From an uncultured Acidimicrobiia bacterium (GTDB lineage Bacteria; Actinomycetota; Acidimicrobiia; Spongiisociales; UBA11373), in assembly GCA_964633975.1 (NCBI GenBank), contig CAZWKX010000003.1, positions 20,765 through 84,764 of the forward strand: a stretch of 64,000 nucleotides of DNA, given 5' to 3'. Made by a program: the position numbers and the translations under genes. Positions 44,230-54,109 of the stretch are shown one piece after another. The number at the start of each line of letters is the position of its first letter. Position 1 is the first letter of the stretch. The notes beneath the pieces are model-generated. The model was not told the DNA's origin. It did not search any database and was given only the letters and a program-made list of their open reading frames with translations.

Positions 44230-45924
44230 ATGATTCAAGTATTGCCCCAACTCACTGATAATGTGACCGGGGGTCAGGAGGTGACGACGGTGAGCTTCAA
44301 CTCAGTGAGTCCAAGCGGCGCCGGGCCCCGCGCTTGGTACCGGCCGCTGCTGGCCGGCTTGCTCTCCGTGTTGATTCCCGGGGTGGGGCAGTGGTACGCC
44401 GGGCGCCGGCGCCGTGCCCTGTTCTTTCTCGGGCTGGTCGGCGTCGGATACGGTGCGATTCTTTGGCTGGCCACGCGCGACCGCTTCCAGCTTCTCGAGT
44501 TGTTGGTTCGGGCCCACTGGCTGTGGACCCTGCTCGTCGGCAACCTGTTCGTGTTCCTCATCCGCCTGGTTGCCGCGGTCGATGCCTACGGGCTCGAGCG
44601 GCGCCGCCTGCCGGTGGTCCGACGCCGTCTGTGGGCCGAGGTAACCGCCCTCGCCCTTGGCATGACGCTGCTGGCGGTGCCACATGCGGTCGTGGCCGAC
44701 CGAGGCGTTGCCGCCCTCGACCTGCTCACGATCCAGGAGAACCCGCTCTCCGCCGAGGAGCAGGCGGCACGTGAGGAGGAGTTCGAGGCCGCGGGCGTCT
44801 CCGAAGAGGAGCAGGGCCCCACGATCGAGACGACGACCACGATTCCGGGCCCGCTCCCGCACTCCGGCCCCGGTTTCACCGAGGACGGCGACGGCTGGGT
44901 GCCACCCGAGACTACGACCACGACCCTTCCGGACATCCCGCTGGCGCAGCAGCTCGGCAAGAGCCGCGTCACCATCCTTCTGGCCGGAGGTGACCGCGGG
45001 CAGGGACGCGACACGCTTCGCACCGATGTGATGATCGTGGCCACGCTCAACCTGGAGACCAACAAGGCGGCGCTGTTCAGCGTGTTCCGCCACCTGGTGG
45101 GGTTTCCCTTGCCCTCGGACTGGGAGGATGCGTTTATCGATGAGGCCTACCAGGTGGCGGTGAGGACGGCGGAGCACGAGGGGGAGGAGCCGCCGGACCG
45201 GGAGACCTACGAGGGCTGCAACTGCTACCCGGGAAGAATTAACGCGTTGTGGCTCGAGACGCACAACTGGATCAACACCTACCCGACCGCGCCGGATCCG
45301 GGCATGGAAGCCCTGAGCGAGACATTGAGCATCACCCTCGGGCTTGAGATCGACTATTACGTGCTCGTCGACATGGCCGGCTTCGTCGATTTGGTCGACG
45401 CCCTGGGTGGCATCGACGTTTACGCCTGGGAGGTGATGGACGTGGCGTACTCACCGGCTCGGCCGGGCGAGGATCCGGTGTCGGTGGTGATTCCCGAACC
45501 CGGGTACTACCACCTCAACGGCCACCAGGCCCTTGCCTACATGCGCAACCGGGATGTGGGCCAGGATGCCGCCCGTATGCGACGGGCGCGCTGCACCATC
45601 CGGGCTCTGGCCGCCCAGGCCGACATGGATAGGCTCACGCTCCGTTTCCCGCAGATCGTGGATGCCCTGACTAGCAGCACGACCACCAATATGCCCCTGG
45701 TCTACCTGCCCGATCTGATGGAAGCGCTGGCGTCGCTGGATGCGGAGGACATCGCCACCGCGGCCTTCGCCGAGGCCTATGGGACCGAGGTGATCGTTGA
45801 GGCCGGAGGCTACATAAAGACGGTCGTCGACCCGGAGCTGGTCCAAGCCAAGGTGCGCAGCGTGCTCGCCGCGGTGGAGGAAGGGGCGGCGCCGGGAGAA
45901 TCGCTGGCGGCCGAATGCGGGTAG
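44230..45924 (+). CDS. LytR-CpsA-Psr (LCP) family cell-envelope glycopolymer transferase
   Basis: N-terminal TM helices, then ILLAGGDRGQGRDTLRTDVMIVATLN, YYVLVDMAGFVDLVDALGGIDV and LNGHQALAYMRNR. The start may be GTG at 44290 (AGGAG 9 nt upstream) rather than ATG at 44230. Confidence 0.85.
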   Translation: MIQVLPQLTDNVTGGQEVTTVSFNSVSPSGAGPRAWYRPLLAGLLSVLIPGVGQWYAGRRRRALFFLGLVGVGYGAILWLATRDRFQLLELLVRAHWLWTLLVGNLFVFLIRLVAAVDAYGLERRRLPVVRRRLWAEVTALALGMTLLAVPHAVVADRGVAALDLLTIQENPLSAEEQAAREEEFEAAGVSEEEQGPTIETTTTIPGPLPHSGPGFTEDGDGWVPPETTTTTLPDIPLAQQLGKSRVTILLAGGDRGQGRDTLRTDVMIVATLNLETNKAALFSVFRHLVGFPLPSDWEDAFIDEAYQVAVRTAEHEGEEPPDRETYEGCNCYPGRINALWLETHNWINTYPTAPDPGMEALSETLSITLGLEIDYYVLVDMAGFVDLVDALGGIDVYAWEVMDVAYSPARPGEDPVSVVIPEPGYYHLNGHQALAYMRNRDVGQDAARMRRARCTIRALAAQADMDRLTLRFPQIVDALTSSTTTNMPLVYLPDLMEALASLDAEDIATAAFAEAYGTEVIVEAGGYIKTVVDPELVQAKVRSVLAAVEEGAAPGESLAAECG

Positions 45925-46081
45925 GAGGAGCAGCGGCGCTGCCGCCGGTCGCCTCCGCGGTCGTAGCCGGCTAGATCAGCTGCTCGTTGGATGGCGGCTC
46001 GTCGTCTGTGCCGTGTTCCCCCACCAGTTGACTTCCTCAGCGAGCGCGCCTCGCTCTTGGAGCTTCTCGAGCGGCGGACCC

Positions 46082-46576
46082 TCACCCGGAACGCCGGCGC
46101 ATGAGGAGGAGGAGCCGCAGCAGGCGCACCTGGAACGACCATCTCGCCGGAGTGGCTGCTGCTCCGGTCACGGCCGCCTCGGCGCGGTCCAGAGCGTCTT
46201 CGATGAGCGCATCGTGGAGAGGACGGATCACGAGGGGCCACAGCAGAAGCATACGGCCATGGATCTCGCCGTCGATGAGGTGACTGAGGCGACATCCGGG
46301 ATCGGCCTTCTCGACGATGAACTCGTGGACGCCGGTGAGGCCGCGCGGGCGGCTGAAGCGGAAGCGGACCCGCTCGGGATCAATCTCGTCGACGTGGTAG
46401 CGAATGGGCCCGTGGCCTCCGGCGGCACCGATGGCGAGCGGGCGGTCGAGGAGCAGCGGGGGCCAGTGATCGTTGGGCCACAGCGAGTCGCGTCCGGTGC
46501 CCAGGTCGTGGAGCAGGGCGCCGACCCGTGGCGCCGGGGCAGCCAGGTCGCGCTGATGCAGGCTGTGGACCCTCAT
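46082..46576 (-). CDS. SRPBCC/START-like (polyketide cyclase fold) hypothetical protein
   Basis: 164 aa from the ATG at 46576. Length and pattern (W..D.W......G..G....F..) are consistent with the SRPBCC fold. Weak call. Confidence 0.4.
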   Translation of the reverse strand: MRVHSLHQRDLAAPAPRVGALLHDLGTGRDSLWPNDHWPPLLLDRPLAIGAAGGHGPIRYHVDEIDPERVRFRFSRPRGLTGVHEFIVEKADPGCRLSHLIDGEIHGRMLLLWPLVIRPLHDALIEDALDRAEAAVTGAAATPARWSFQVRLLRLLLLMRRRSG

Positions 46577-46716
46577 TCCGTCTTCCGAACGTGGGAGTCC
46601 TCGGTGACCCGGAGGCCACCGAGGACTCAGCTGCAGGGATTCCCCTTGCAGGGCCCCTTGCTCCGCTCTCGTGACCCTACTCCTCGGGGCCGGAGCCTGC
46701 GGTGGGGCGAGCCGCG

Positions 46717-48417
46717 CTATGCAGGCCGGTAGGGGAGGTAGGCCGGGTACCACATGGTTTGATCGATCAACTCGTCGATGTCGGTGATTGCGTCGGTCAC
46801 ACCGTCGGACACGGCCTGTTCGGCGACGGCGTGGGCGATCTTGCGCGACACGTCGCGGACTGCCGACATGGGCGGGTACAGGGCGCCTTCGGCAAGAGAC
46901 TGGTCGTCCAGAGAGCAGGCCAGAGCCTTCGCCGCGGCGAGAAACATACCCGGTGTGACCTTACGGGCTCGGGATGCCACAATGCCGAGGCCGATGCCGG
47001 GGAAGGCGAACACGTTGTTGGCCTGGCCGATGCGGTGGCGCTTGCCGTCGTAGACCACGCTGGGGAACGGGCTGCCAGTGGCGACCAGGGCCCGGCCCTT
47101 CGACCAGGCGATTATGTCCTCAGGCACGGCTTCGGCGTTCTGGGTGGGGTTCGACATCGGCATGACGATCGGGCTCTCCACGTTGGCCGCCATCGACCTG
47201 ATTATGGGTTCGGTGAACTGGCAGGGCTTGCCGCATACCCCAATCAGCACGCCGGGTTTGGCGTGGTCGATGACCTCCTTCAGCGGGATCTGGTCGCCGC
47301 GCACCTTCCAACGTCTTACCGTCTCCTTCTTGACGGCGAGGCGCTGCATGCGCTCGTCCACGTCCTTGCATCCCTCCACGAGCAGCCCATTGCAGTCGAC
47401 CACGAAGATGTGCTCCCTGGCCTGCTCGGCGGCGAGTGCCTGCTCGGCCATGGCTGCTACGAGAAGGTCGTAGATGCCGTTGCCGGCCGAGCCGCCGCCC
47501 ACGATGACGTAGGTCTGCTCGGCCAGGGTCCGACGGGTGCGCCGGGTTGCCGCCAGCAGCCCTGCCAGCACCATGGCGGCGGTGCCTTCGATGTCGTCGT
47601 TGAACGAGGGGACGACGTCGCGGTAGTTCTCCAGGTTGCGGAATGAGGTCCTGTTGGCGAAGTCCTCCCACTGCAGGAGGGCGTCGGGGAAGACTTCCTT
47701 GACCGCGTTCACGAACTCGTCGATCAGCGACCAGTACTCGTCGCCGCGCAGACGCGGATGACGCCAACCCAGGTAGAGCGGATCTTCGAGCAGCTCGGTG
47801 TTGTTGGTGCCCACATCGAGTGAGACCGGCACACACAGCGAAGGATGGATGCCGGCGGCGACGGTGTAGAGGGCGAGCTTGCCGATGGGGATGCCCATGC
47901 CGCCGGCTCCTTGGTCTCCGATGCCGAGAATGCGTTCGTTGTCGGTGACGACGATGACTGCGGCGTCCTTGATGCCCCGGCTGCGCAGCATGCGGGCGAT
48001 CTGGCCCCGGTCGTCGGGTGTGACGTAGATGCCCCTGGCCTGGCGGAAGATGTGGCTCCAGTGGCGACAGGCCTCCGCCACCACCGGTGTGTACACAACC
48101 GGCACGGCCTCCTGGAGGTTCTCGAGTAGGAAGCGGAAGAAGAGCGTCTCGTTGCGATCGTGCAGCGAGGCGAGGTAGATGTGCCGCTCGAGATCGTTGG
48201 GCTTGTTGTCGAACTGGAGCCGGACCCGTTGAAGCTGCTGTTCTATGGTGCTCGTCTGTGCCGGGAGCAGCCCGCGCAGCTCCAGCGTCTCGCGCTCTTC
48301 GGCGGTGAAAGCGCAGCCTTTGTTGAGCAGGGGCTCTTCGAGGAGCTGCCGGCCTCGTTCGGCCACCGGGAGGTACATCTCACCGGTGGCGGCATCGATG
48401 GACGCACGGAAACCCAT
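46717..48417 (-). CDS. NAD(P)-dependent malic enzyme
   Basis: LLNKGCAFTAEER, VVTDNERILGIGDQGAGGMGIPIGK, VIVGGGSAGNGI and NNVFAFPGIGLG. ATG at 48417 with GAGGTG upstream. Confidence 0.9.
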   Translation of the reverse strand: MGFRASIDAATGEMYLPVAERGRQLLEEPLLNKGCAFTAEERETLELRGLLPAQTSTIEQQLQRVRLQFDNKPNDLERHIYLASLHDRNETLFFRFLLENLQEAVPVVYTPVVAEACRHWSHIFRQARGIYVTPDDRGQIARMLRSRGIKDAAVIVVTDNERILGIGDQGAGGMGIPIGKLALYTVAAGIHPSLCVPVSLDVGTNNTELLEDPLYLGWRHPRLRGDEYWSLIDEFVNAVKEVFPDALLQWEDFANRTSFRNLENYRDVVPSFNDDIEGTAAMVLAGLLAATRRTRRTLAEQTYVIVGGGSAGNGIYDLLVAAMAEQALAAEQAREHIFVVDCNGLLVEGCKDVDERMQRLAVKKETVRRWKVRGDQIPLKEVIDHAKPGVLIGVCGKPCQFTEPIIRSMAANVESPIVMPMSNPTQNAEAVPEDIIAWSKGRALVATGSPFPSVVYDGKRHRIGQANNVFAFPGIGLGIVASRARKVTPGMFLAAAKALACSLDDQSLAEGALYPPMSAVRDVSRKIAHAVAEQAVSDGVTDAITDIDELIDQTMWYPAYLPYRPA

Positions 48418-48565
48418 CACCTCGGCCTTTTTGGGCTGGCTCCGTAACCGTACGCCGAGGGAGTCGGGGCGCGGTAGGGGCGTTGTGCCCAGCGGTGCCG
48501 CCAGCACCGGGCGTCCGCCGAGACCGGCCCGGCCGATGCTGCTTCTTCGTCGTTCGGCTGGGCGG

Positions 48566-49321
48566 CTACCGGGACTCGGCTGCCCGTGCCTTCGCTAGGA
48601 GGCCGAAGCCGGCCAACAGCAGCACCACCGCGGCGATCCCGATGGGAGCGGCCGGGGTTGGAGAGTTGCCGCCGGTGTAGGGCAGCTCGGGCTCCGTCGT
48701 CGTCGGGCCACCTTGTGTCGTTGACGGGCCGCCGACCGTGGTCGTGGTCTCGCCAGGCAACGTGGTCACGGTCGTCGAAGGTCCGGCGACCGTCGTGGTG
48801 GTGACGACGGCGGTCGTCGTGGTGACTTCGCACGGTTCGCACGGGCATTCCTCGGGTACGTTGATCCAGCCGGTGAGCTGAGCCGTGTTCGCCCCATAGC
48901 TATGCCCGACCCAGTTCTGCTCGGAGTAGGCCCTGACGCGGACCTGATACCCGGCCCAGGCCGATGCATCGTACGTGCCGCTGAACGAATAGCCGTTGCC
49001 GGCGTTGAACTCGCCTCGGCCGATCTCGAAGAAGGCCGTGGTCCAAGGAGGCCCGCTCTTGAGTTGCACCTGTAGGTCGATACGAACCGCATCGTCCTGC
49101 GAGGCGGCCAGCGGGCCGGATTCATTCACCGCGTACGCAGTCCAGCTGATGATCGGCACGCAGTCGCAGCCCTCGCTGCACCCGGCCGACGCACTGATCA
49201 TTCCCGAAGTGGCCCTGGCCACGGGTGCGAACAGTGCCGACATGCCGGCGGTCAGCGCCAGGACGAGTCCGAGCACGATCAATACCGACGCCGTCTTCGG
49301 ACGGGCCACCTTGAGCACCAT
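48566..49321 (-). CDS. LPXTG-anchored cell-wall surface protein
   Basis: Signal peptide MVLKVARPKTASVLIVLGLVLALTAGMSALFAPVARA. A Thr-rich stalk. The C-terminal sorting signal is LPYTGG + hydrophobic IGIAAVVLLLAGFGLL + basic tail AKARAAESR. Confidence 0.8.
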   Translation of the reverse strand: MVLKVARPKTASVLIVLGLVLALTAGMSALFAPVARATSGMISASAGCSEGCDCVPIISWTAYAVNESGPLAASQDDAVRIDLQVQLKSGPPWTTAFFEIGRGEFNAGNGYSFSGTYDASAWAGYQVRVRAYSEQNWVGHSYGANTAQLTGWINVPEECPCEPCEVTTTTAVVTTTTVAGPSTTVTTLPGETTTTVGGPSTTQGGPTTTEPELPYTGGNSPTPAAPIGIAAVVLLLAGFGLLAKARAAESR

Positions 49322-49509
49322 GGTGGCACCCCCTTCTTCCTTCCTTGGCGGGCCACAGAGGGCGGCCCGCTTCCGACTCCCTTTGTGTTAACTGAGAGTA
49401 GCGGCCGCGCCCGGCCCGCGCCAAGCTGCACAAAAAGTGTGTAGGGACTAATTCTGAAGACGCCGTGCTGACTACTCTCCGTAGTTGCACGGCCGTATCG
49501 GGCCGAATC

Positions 49510-50151
49510 TCAACGGGATCCGTGTGGCCGTTCTATCGATTCGAAGAACTCCTCCCGGGTCTTCGGATTGTCCAGGAATGTTCCCATCAGGCAGGAAGTG
49601 CGCATGTGGGCGTCGGCCTTCTTGGCGCCGCGCATCGACATGCACAGGTGAGTGGCTTGGATGACGACGCCGACGCCCTGAGGGGCGATGAGGTCCCAGA
49701 TCAACTGGGCGATCTGGCGGGTCATTCGTTCCTGTACCTGCAGGCGTCGGGCGAACGCGTCGACGACGCGGGGGATCTTGGAGAGGCCCACGACCTTGGC
49801 GCCGGGCACGTAGCCAACGTGGGCACGTCCGAAGATGGGTAGAAGATGGTGCTCGCACATGCTCCAGAAATCGATGTCGCCAACGATGACCATCTCCGAG
49901 TAGTCGACGTCGAAAAGAGCGCCGTTTAGCAGGGTCGCCGGGTCGGCGGTGTAGCCGGCAAGGATCTCGTCGTACATGCGGGCCACTCGATCCGGGGTGT
50001 TGACCAGCCCTTCGCGGCTCGGGTCCTCTCCCACGGCACGCAGGATGTAGGCGACGGCGTTGGCCACCTCGGCCTTGCAGTCCTTGGAGAGCACGGCCCC
50101 ATCTTCGAAGCTGTCCACCATCTCTTGGGGTATCAGTAGTTCCCGGGCCAT
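49510..50151 (-). CDS. folE: GTP cyclohydrolase I
   Basis: GEDPSREGLVNTPDRVARMY, FWSMCEHHLLP and VVIQATHLCMSMRG. ATG at 50151 is preceded by GAGGAG at 4-nt spacing. A longer ORF to 50187 (GTG) is possible. Confidence 0.9.
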   Translation of the reverse strand: MARELLIPQEMVDSFEDGAVLSKDCKAEVANAVAYILRAVGEDPSREGLVNTPDRVARMYDEILAGYTADPATLLNGALFDVDYSEMVIVGDIDFWSMCEHHLLPIFGRAHVGYVPGAKVVGLSKIPRVVDAFARRLQVQERMTRQIAQLIWDLIAPQGVGVVIQATHLCMSMRGAKKADAHMRTSCLMGTFLDNPKTREEFFESIERPHGSR

Positions 50152-50208
50152 CACGCTCCTCATTGTGTCGGCTAGAGCCTGGCACACCCGGCGGCGCTGT
50201 GTGGGCGC

Positions 50209-51168
50209 CTACCGCTGGAGGCCGCCCATCGCCGCGCTGAGGGCGGCGTGGAGCTCGGCGACGGCGCGCGGCGGCCAGTCCTCCGGTTCGGCCCGCAGGA
50301 AGGATGTGCGGTCCGCCCGGTTGTCGAAGCGGACGGCAGGCACGTGGAATGTGCTCTCTGCGGTTGTGACTGTCACCGTGCCCGGCCGCTCGGCATGGTC
50401 GAGCATCCAGGCCAAGTCGTCGCAGCCGTATTCCTCATGCATGACCTGCTCGGGGACGTGGTGGTGAAGGATCGAGGCATCGCCGCCCGGGCGAGCCCTT
50501 TCGCGGTTGCGGCGCCGGCTCTGCTCGGGGGTGACCCAGATGTAGAGAATGGCGGCTCTCTCCAGGATCTCGGGCCGCAACAGGCTCAGCGAGTGCCGGT
50601 ACCCGCGTGGAGGCAGCATCCGAGAGTCGGTCCCTCGAGGGCCGCCTCGGGCGAACTCGATGAGGACGGACGTCTTGGCGGAGAGGGGAACTGTGGGGGA
50701 GGGCCTGCTGAACGCGGCTTCCTCCCGTTCGAGGGCATCGGCGACGGCGGCCAGCAACTCGGGATCGAGCATGGAGAACGCGGGCGGAGCGCCCGCTGCC
50801 GTGGCGGCCGCATCGATCCGGGCGAACAGGTCGTGGACTCCCCGGCCGGGTGTCTGGGCCGTCTCCAGAGCCAGGTAGTCCTCGTTGAGCAGTTCGATCA
50901 GGGTGCCCCAGATTCGCGGATCGGGCATTGGCTCTTTGTCATCGGAGAAGAGCACGGGGTGGGATCCGAGGCGGCGCAGCTCCTGGGACGCCCTCCGCAT
51001 GAAGAGCACGTAGGGATAGTCGTCGAGCAGAACCAGCGGGCCGAGGTGCATCTCGGCGGCACGGACCTCGTCGTCGAGGTGGGCGAGGTAACGGCACACC
51101 TCCGACTTGCCCGATGCCGGGAGGGCCAGGAGCAGGAGGATGGGGAGCACTTGGTGCCTCGGCGCCAC
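50209..51168 (-). CDS. P-loop (Walker A) kinase-like hypothetical protein
   Basis: 319 aa. N-terminal LLLLALPASGKSE fits [AG]xxxxGK[ST]. It has an IEFARG block and a basic RRRNRER segment. I recognise no family. The stop lies 21-57 nt upstream of the folE start, and the start lies 3 nt after the upstream gene stop. Confidence 0.45.
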   Translation of the reverse strand: MAPRHQVLPILLLLALPASGKSEVCRYLAHLDDEVRAAEMHLGPLVLLDDYPYVLFMRRASQELRRLGSHPVLFSDDKEPMPDPRIWGTLIELLNEDYLALETAQTPGRGVHDLFARIDAAATAAGAPPAFSMLDPELLAAVADALEREEAAFSRPSPTVPLSAKTSVLIEFARGGPRGTDSRMLPPRGYRHSLSLLRPEILERAAILYIWVTPEQSRRRNRERARPGGDASILHHHVPEQVMHEEYGCDDLAWMLDHAERPGTVTVTTAESTFHVPAVRFDNRADRTSFLRAEPEDWPPRAVAELHAALSAAMGGLQR

Positions 51169-51171
51169 GAG

Positions 51172-52851
51172 CTAGTCGGACAGCGCGACGATCTCGGTCC
51201 CGGTCACGGTGTCGCGGTCGTTGTCGTGCACGTTGTTGTCTCCGATGGTGGGCTGGGCGTTCTCACCGATACCGATGCCGATGTCGTTGTTGTAGACCTG
51301 GTTTCCCTGGGCGCTGCCGCCGGCCGTGCCGACGTATGCGATACCGATGCCTGCGACGTCGGGGTTGGGCGTGTGATGACCGCGGGCTTCGTTGTCCTCG
51401 ATGATCGGCGCCGCCTCCTCGGTCACTTCGAATCCGTTCAAGCCGTTGCCATCAGCCACGTTGTCCCGAGCGGTGCTCGTTGTGGTGCCGAAGAAGGCGA
51501 AGCCTGAAATGGTGTTGTCGGACGCCAGGTTGCCATCGAGATGGTGGGCGGCGCCGCCGCCGACGCCGAAGCCGTTGAGCCCATTGCGCCGGGACATGTT
51601 GTCGGTGAGGGTGACTGCCGCGTCGCCGAACAGGGAGAACCCGTCCTGGCCGTTGTTTCGCGCCGTGTTCTGCACCAGGTCCGGATGGGCCAGCTCGCTG
51701 GCGGCGAATCCGCTTAGACCGCTGCGCCTGGCGAAGTTGCCCTCGGCGGCGCCTGCGGCCTGGCCGGTCCACAGATAACCGACATCCGTGTTGTCGACTG
51801 CATCGTTCCCGACCAGGTCGGGATGGGCGGACCCGCCGATCACGAACCCGTGGGAGCCGTTGGACGAAGCGGTGTTGCCCTCTGCGGTGCCTGCGGCCTG
51901 GTCCCACCAGGCGAATCCGGCTTGCTCATTCTGGGAAGCCGAGTTGCCTATGAGTCTGGGAGCCGCCGTGCCCTCGATAGTGAAGCCGTATTCGGCGTTG
52001 CTCTGAGACGTGTTGTTGCTGGCCACCGGAGAGGCGGTGCCTTCGAAAGCGAATCCCGAACGCAGGTTGTTCGATCCGTCGTTGCCGTCGAGCACGGGGC
52101 CGGCCGAGTCGTTCACGGAGAAACCGTGAAGGCCGTTGCCGCTGGCGCCGTTGCCGCCGGCGGCTCCCCCGGCCTCATCGAACCAGGCGAAGCCGCTGAG
52201 GCCGTTGCTCATCGCGGTGCTCGCCGTCAGCCGGGCGTATGCCTGCTCGACGATCTGGAACCCGTGGGCGCCGTTGGCCTCGGAGCCTGCCCCTTCGATG
52301 ACGGCGGTGGCTTCTCCCCTGATGAGGAAGCCCGATCCGCCGACGGCTTCGCCGTCCCAAACGCCTCCGGTAGCCGTGACATCTGTCATGGTGACGGCTC
52401 CTTCGACCACCACTACGTGGGCCGGCTCTGTGCCTTCGTAGCGGAAGGCGATACCGGTGATGCTGACGTTGCGGCTGCGGATGACCACGACGCTGTCGGG
52501 TCCGGTGCCGGTGACGGAGGTTTCGGCCGAACCGGCACCGACGATCGTGAGCAGGTTGAGATCGTCGATGACAAGCGGCTCGTCGAGGCGGAACTCACCC
52601 GGTCCCAGGGTGATGGTCGAGGCGGGTCCCGCCGCCGCCAGCGCATCATCGAGGTCGGAATAGTCGCCGCTGCCGTCCAGGGCGACGCTGACGTTGATTG
52701 CGGGAAGGGTGGTGGCCGTGGATTCTGCTGTCGTCGACGGTGGCCCGGCCGAGGTCGTCGTCGATAGCGCATCACCGCTGTTGCAGGCAGCGGCCGCCAG
52801 CGACAAGACGATGGCGAGCAGAAGGTATCGGCTGTTGTGCATGGCCTCCAT
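51172..52851 (-). CDS. Lipoprotein with right-handed parallel beta-helix (PbH1/NosD-like) repeats
   Basis: Signal plus lipobox LLLAIVLSLAAAACNSG after the ATG at 52851 or 52842. It has more than 10 imperfect about 22-aa repeats of the type N.A..NG..GF.....A.P.L.GN (e.g. NTASSNGSHGFVIGGSAHPDLVGNDA). Confidence 0.7.
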   Translation of the reverse strand: MEAMHNSRYLLLAIVLSLAAAACNSGDALSTTTSAGPPSTTAESTATTLPAINVSVALDGSGDYSDLDDALAAAGPASTITLGPGEFRLDEPLVIDDLNLLTIVGAGSAETSVTGTGPDSVVVIRSRNVSITGIAFRYEGTEPAHVVVVEGAVTMTDVTATGGVWDGEAVGGSGFLIRGEATAVIEGAGSEANGAHGFQIVEQAYARLTASTAMSNGLSGFAWFDEAGGAAGGNGASGNGLHGFSVNDSAGPVLDGNDGSNNLRSGFAFEGTASPVASNNTSQSNAEYGFTIEGTAAPRLIGNSASQNEQAGFAWWDQAAGTAEGNTASSNGSHGFVIGGSAHPDLVGNDAVDNTDVGYLWTGQAAGAAEGNFARRSGLSGFAASELAHPDLVQNTARNNGQDGFSLFGDAAVTLTDNMSRRNGLNGFGVGGGAAHHLDGNLASDNTISGFAFFGTTTSTARDNVADGNGLNGFEVTEEAAPIIEDNEARGHHTPNPDVAGIGIAYVGTAGGSAQGNQVYNNDIGIGIGENAQPTIGDNNVHDNDRDTVTGTEIVALSD

Positions 52852-52942
52852 TGTGGGCCGCACCCGATCTGCTGGCAAGGTTCGATGCCTGTGGGCGGTG
52901 CTTCCCGGAGCTGATTCGGCGCCGTCGTCTAACCTGCCGCCG

Positions 52943-54109
52943 ATGGTGCGACGTGTGGTGCTGCATCTCTCCTTGCTCGCTCTCGGAGCAGGAGCTCTGC
53001 GTCTTGCTGTGGTTCCCGCCGAGGTGTGCCCGGCGGTCACTGCCGAGCAAGTGCGGCTGGCCGTGGACGAGGCCGTGGCCTGGATCGAGCGGGGCATAGC
53101 GTCCGACGGCCACTTCACCTACGGCTACTACCGGGACGACGACGTGGTGAATCTCGACTACAACGGCGCTCGCCACGCCGGTGTCACCATGCTGCTCTAC
53201 CAGGTGGCGCTGGTTCACGATCCGGAAGTGCTCGATGCCGCCGACAGGGGCCTGGGCTACATGTTGGACCGCCTTGTGGAAGGTGACGGGTGGAGGGCAT
53301 GGCAGCCGTCGGGCCCCGAGATACGACTCGGCGCCAACGGGCTCTTTCTCGCCGCGTTGGCTCTGCGCCGCCAGGTCACTGGGGACACCCAATACGACGA
53401 CCTGATGAGGGACGTGGGGCGGTTTGCGCTTGCCCTCCAGCAGCACGACGGTCAGATGTATTGCGCCTGGGACGTGGAGGAGCAGCGTGTGCTCACCGTC
53501 TACGGGACCTACGACACTGGAGAGGCGGCCTGGGCTCTCACCTTGCTCGACGAGGCGTTTCCCGGGGAGGGCTGGGGTGAGGCCGCCTTGAGCACGCTGG
53601 AGTTCATGGCCACCGATCGGCTCCGGGTGGAGGGGGGACTGAGCCAGATCCCCGACCACTGGGCGGCGTACACCCTCGAATCTCTGGCGCCGGATCTGCG
53701 CGACGAAGGCACGATCGAGTATGCCCGGAAGCTGGCGGGGTACTTTGGTGTCCGGCTCCGATTCGAATCGCAGCGGCGCGGAGCCGGGGTCAATCTGTGG
53801 CTGCGCTGGTACCCGGGGCCGCCGGCCGGTGTGGGCACCGCCGGAGAAGGCATGGGCGCCCTTTGGCGTCTTTCGCTCAGCGAGGAAGGGCTTGCCGACC
53901 TGCGTCCCAATATGGAGGAGCGCCTCGTGTGCATGGCGGGCACAATGGTGTCCCGGCAGGCAACTGCCGAGGAGGCGGCAGCCTACGCGCGACCTGATCT
54001 CGTGCAAGGAGCGTGGTTCTACCGTGGGTACACACAAATGGACGATGAGCAGCATGTGATCTTGGCACTGTTGGCCGCCTTGCCGCTTCTCGAGAGGAAA
54101 GCGCCGTGA
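52943..54109 (+). CDS. Secreted alpha/alpha-toroid protein (terpenoid cyclase / prenyltransferase-like repeats), function unknown
   Basis: ATG at 52943 gives the signal-like N-terminus MVRRVVLHLSLLALGAGALRLAVVPA. Repeats such as ALQQHDGQMYCAW and IASDGHFTYGY resemble Q..DG.W toroid repeats. Tentative. Confidence 0.4.
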   Translation: MVRRVVLHLSLLALGAGALRLAVVPAEVCPAVTAEQVRLAVDEAVAWIERGIASDGHFTYGYYRDDDVVNLDYNGARHAGVTMLLYQVALVHDPEVLDAADRGLGYMLDRLVEGDGWRAWQPSGPEIRLGANGLFLAALALRRQVTGDTQYDDLMRDVGRFALALQQHDGQMYCAWDVEEQRVLTVYGTYDTGEAAWALTLLDEAFPGEGWGEAALSTLEFMATDRLRVEGGLSQIPDHWAAYTLESLAPDLRDEGTIEYARKLAGYFGVRLRFESQRRGAGVNLWLRWYPGPPAGVGTAGEGMGALWRLSLSEEGLADLRPNMEERLVCMAGTMVSRQATAEEAAAYARPDLVQGAWFYRGYTQMDDEQHVILALLAALPLLERKAP

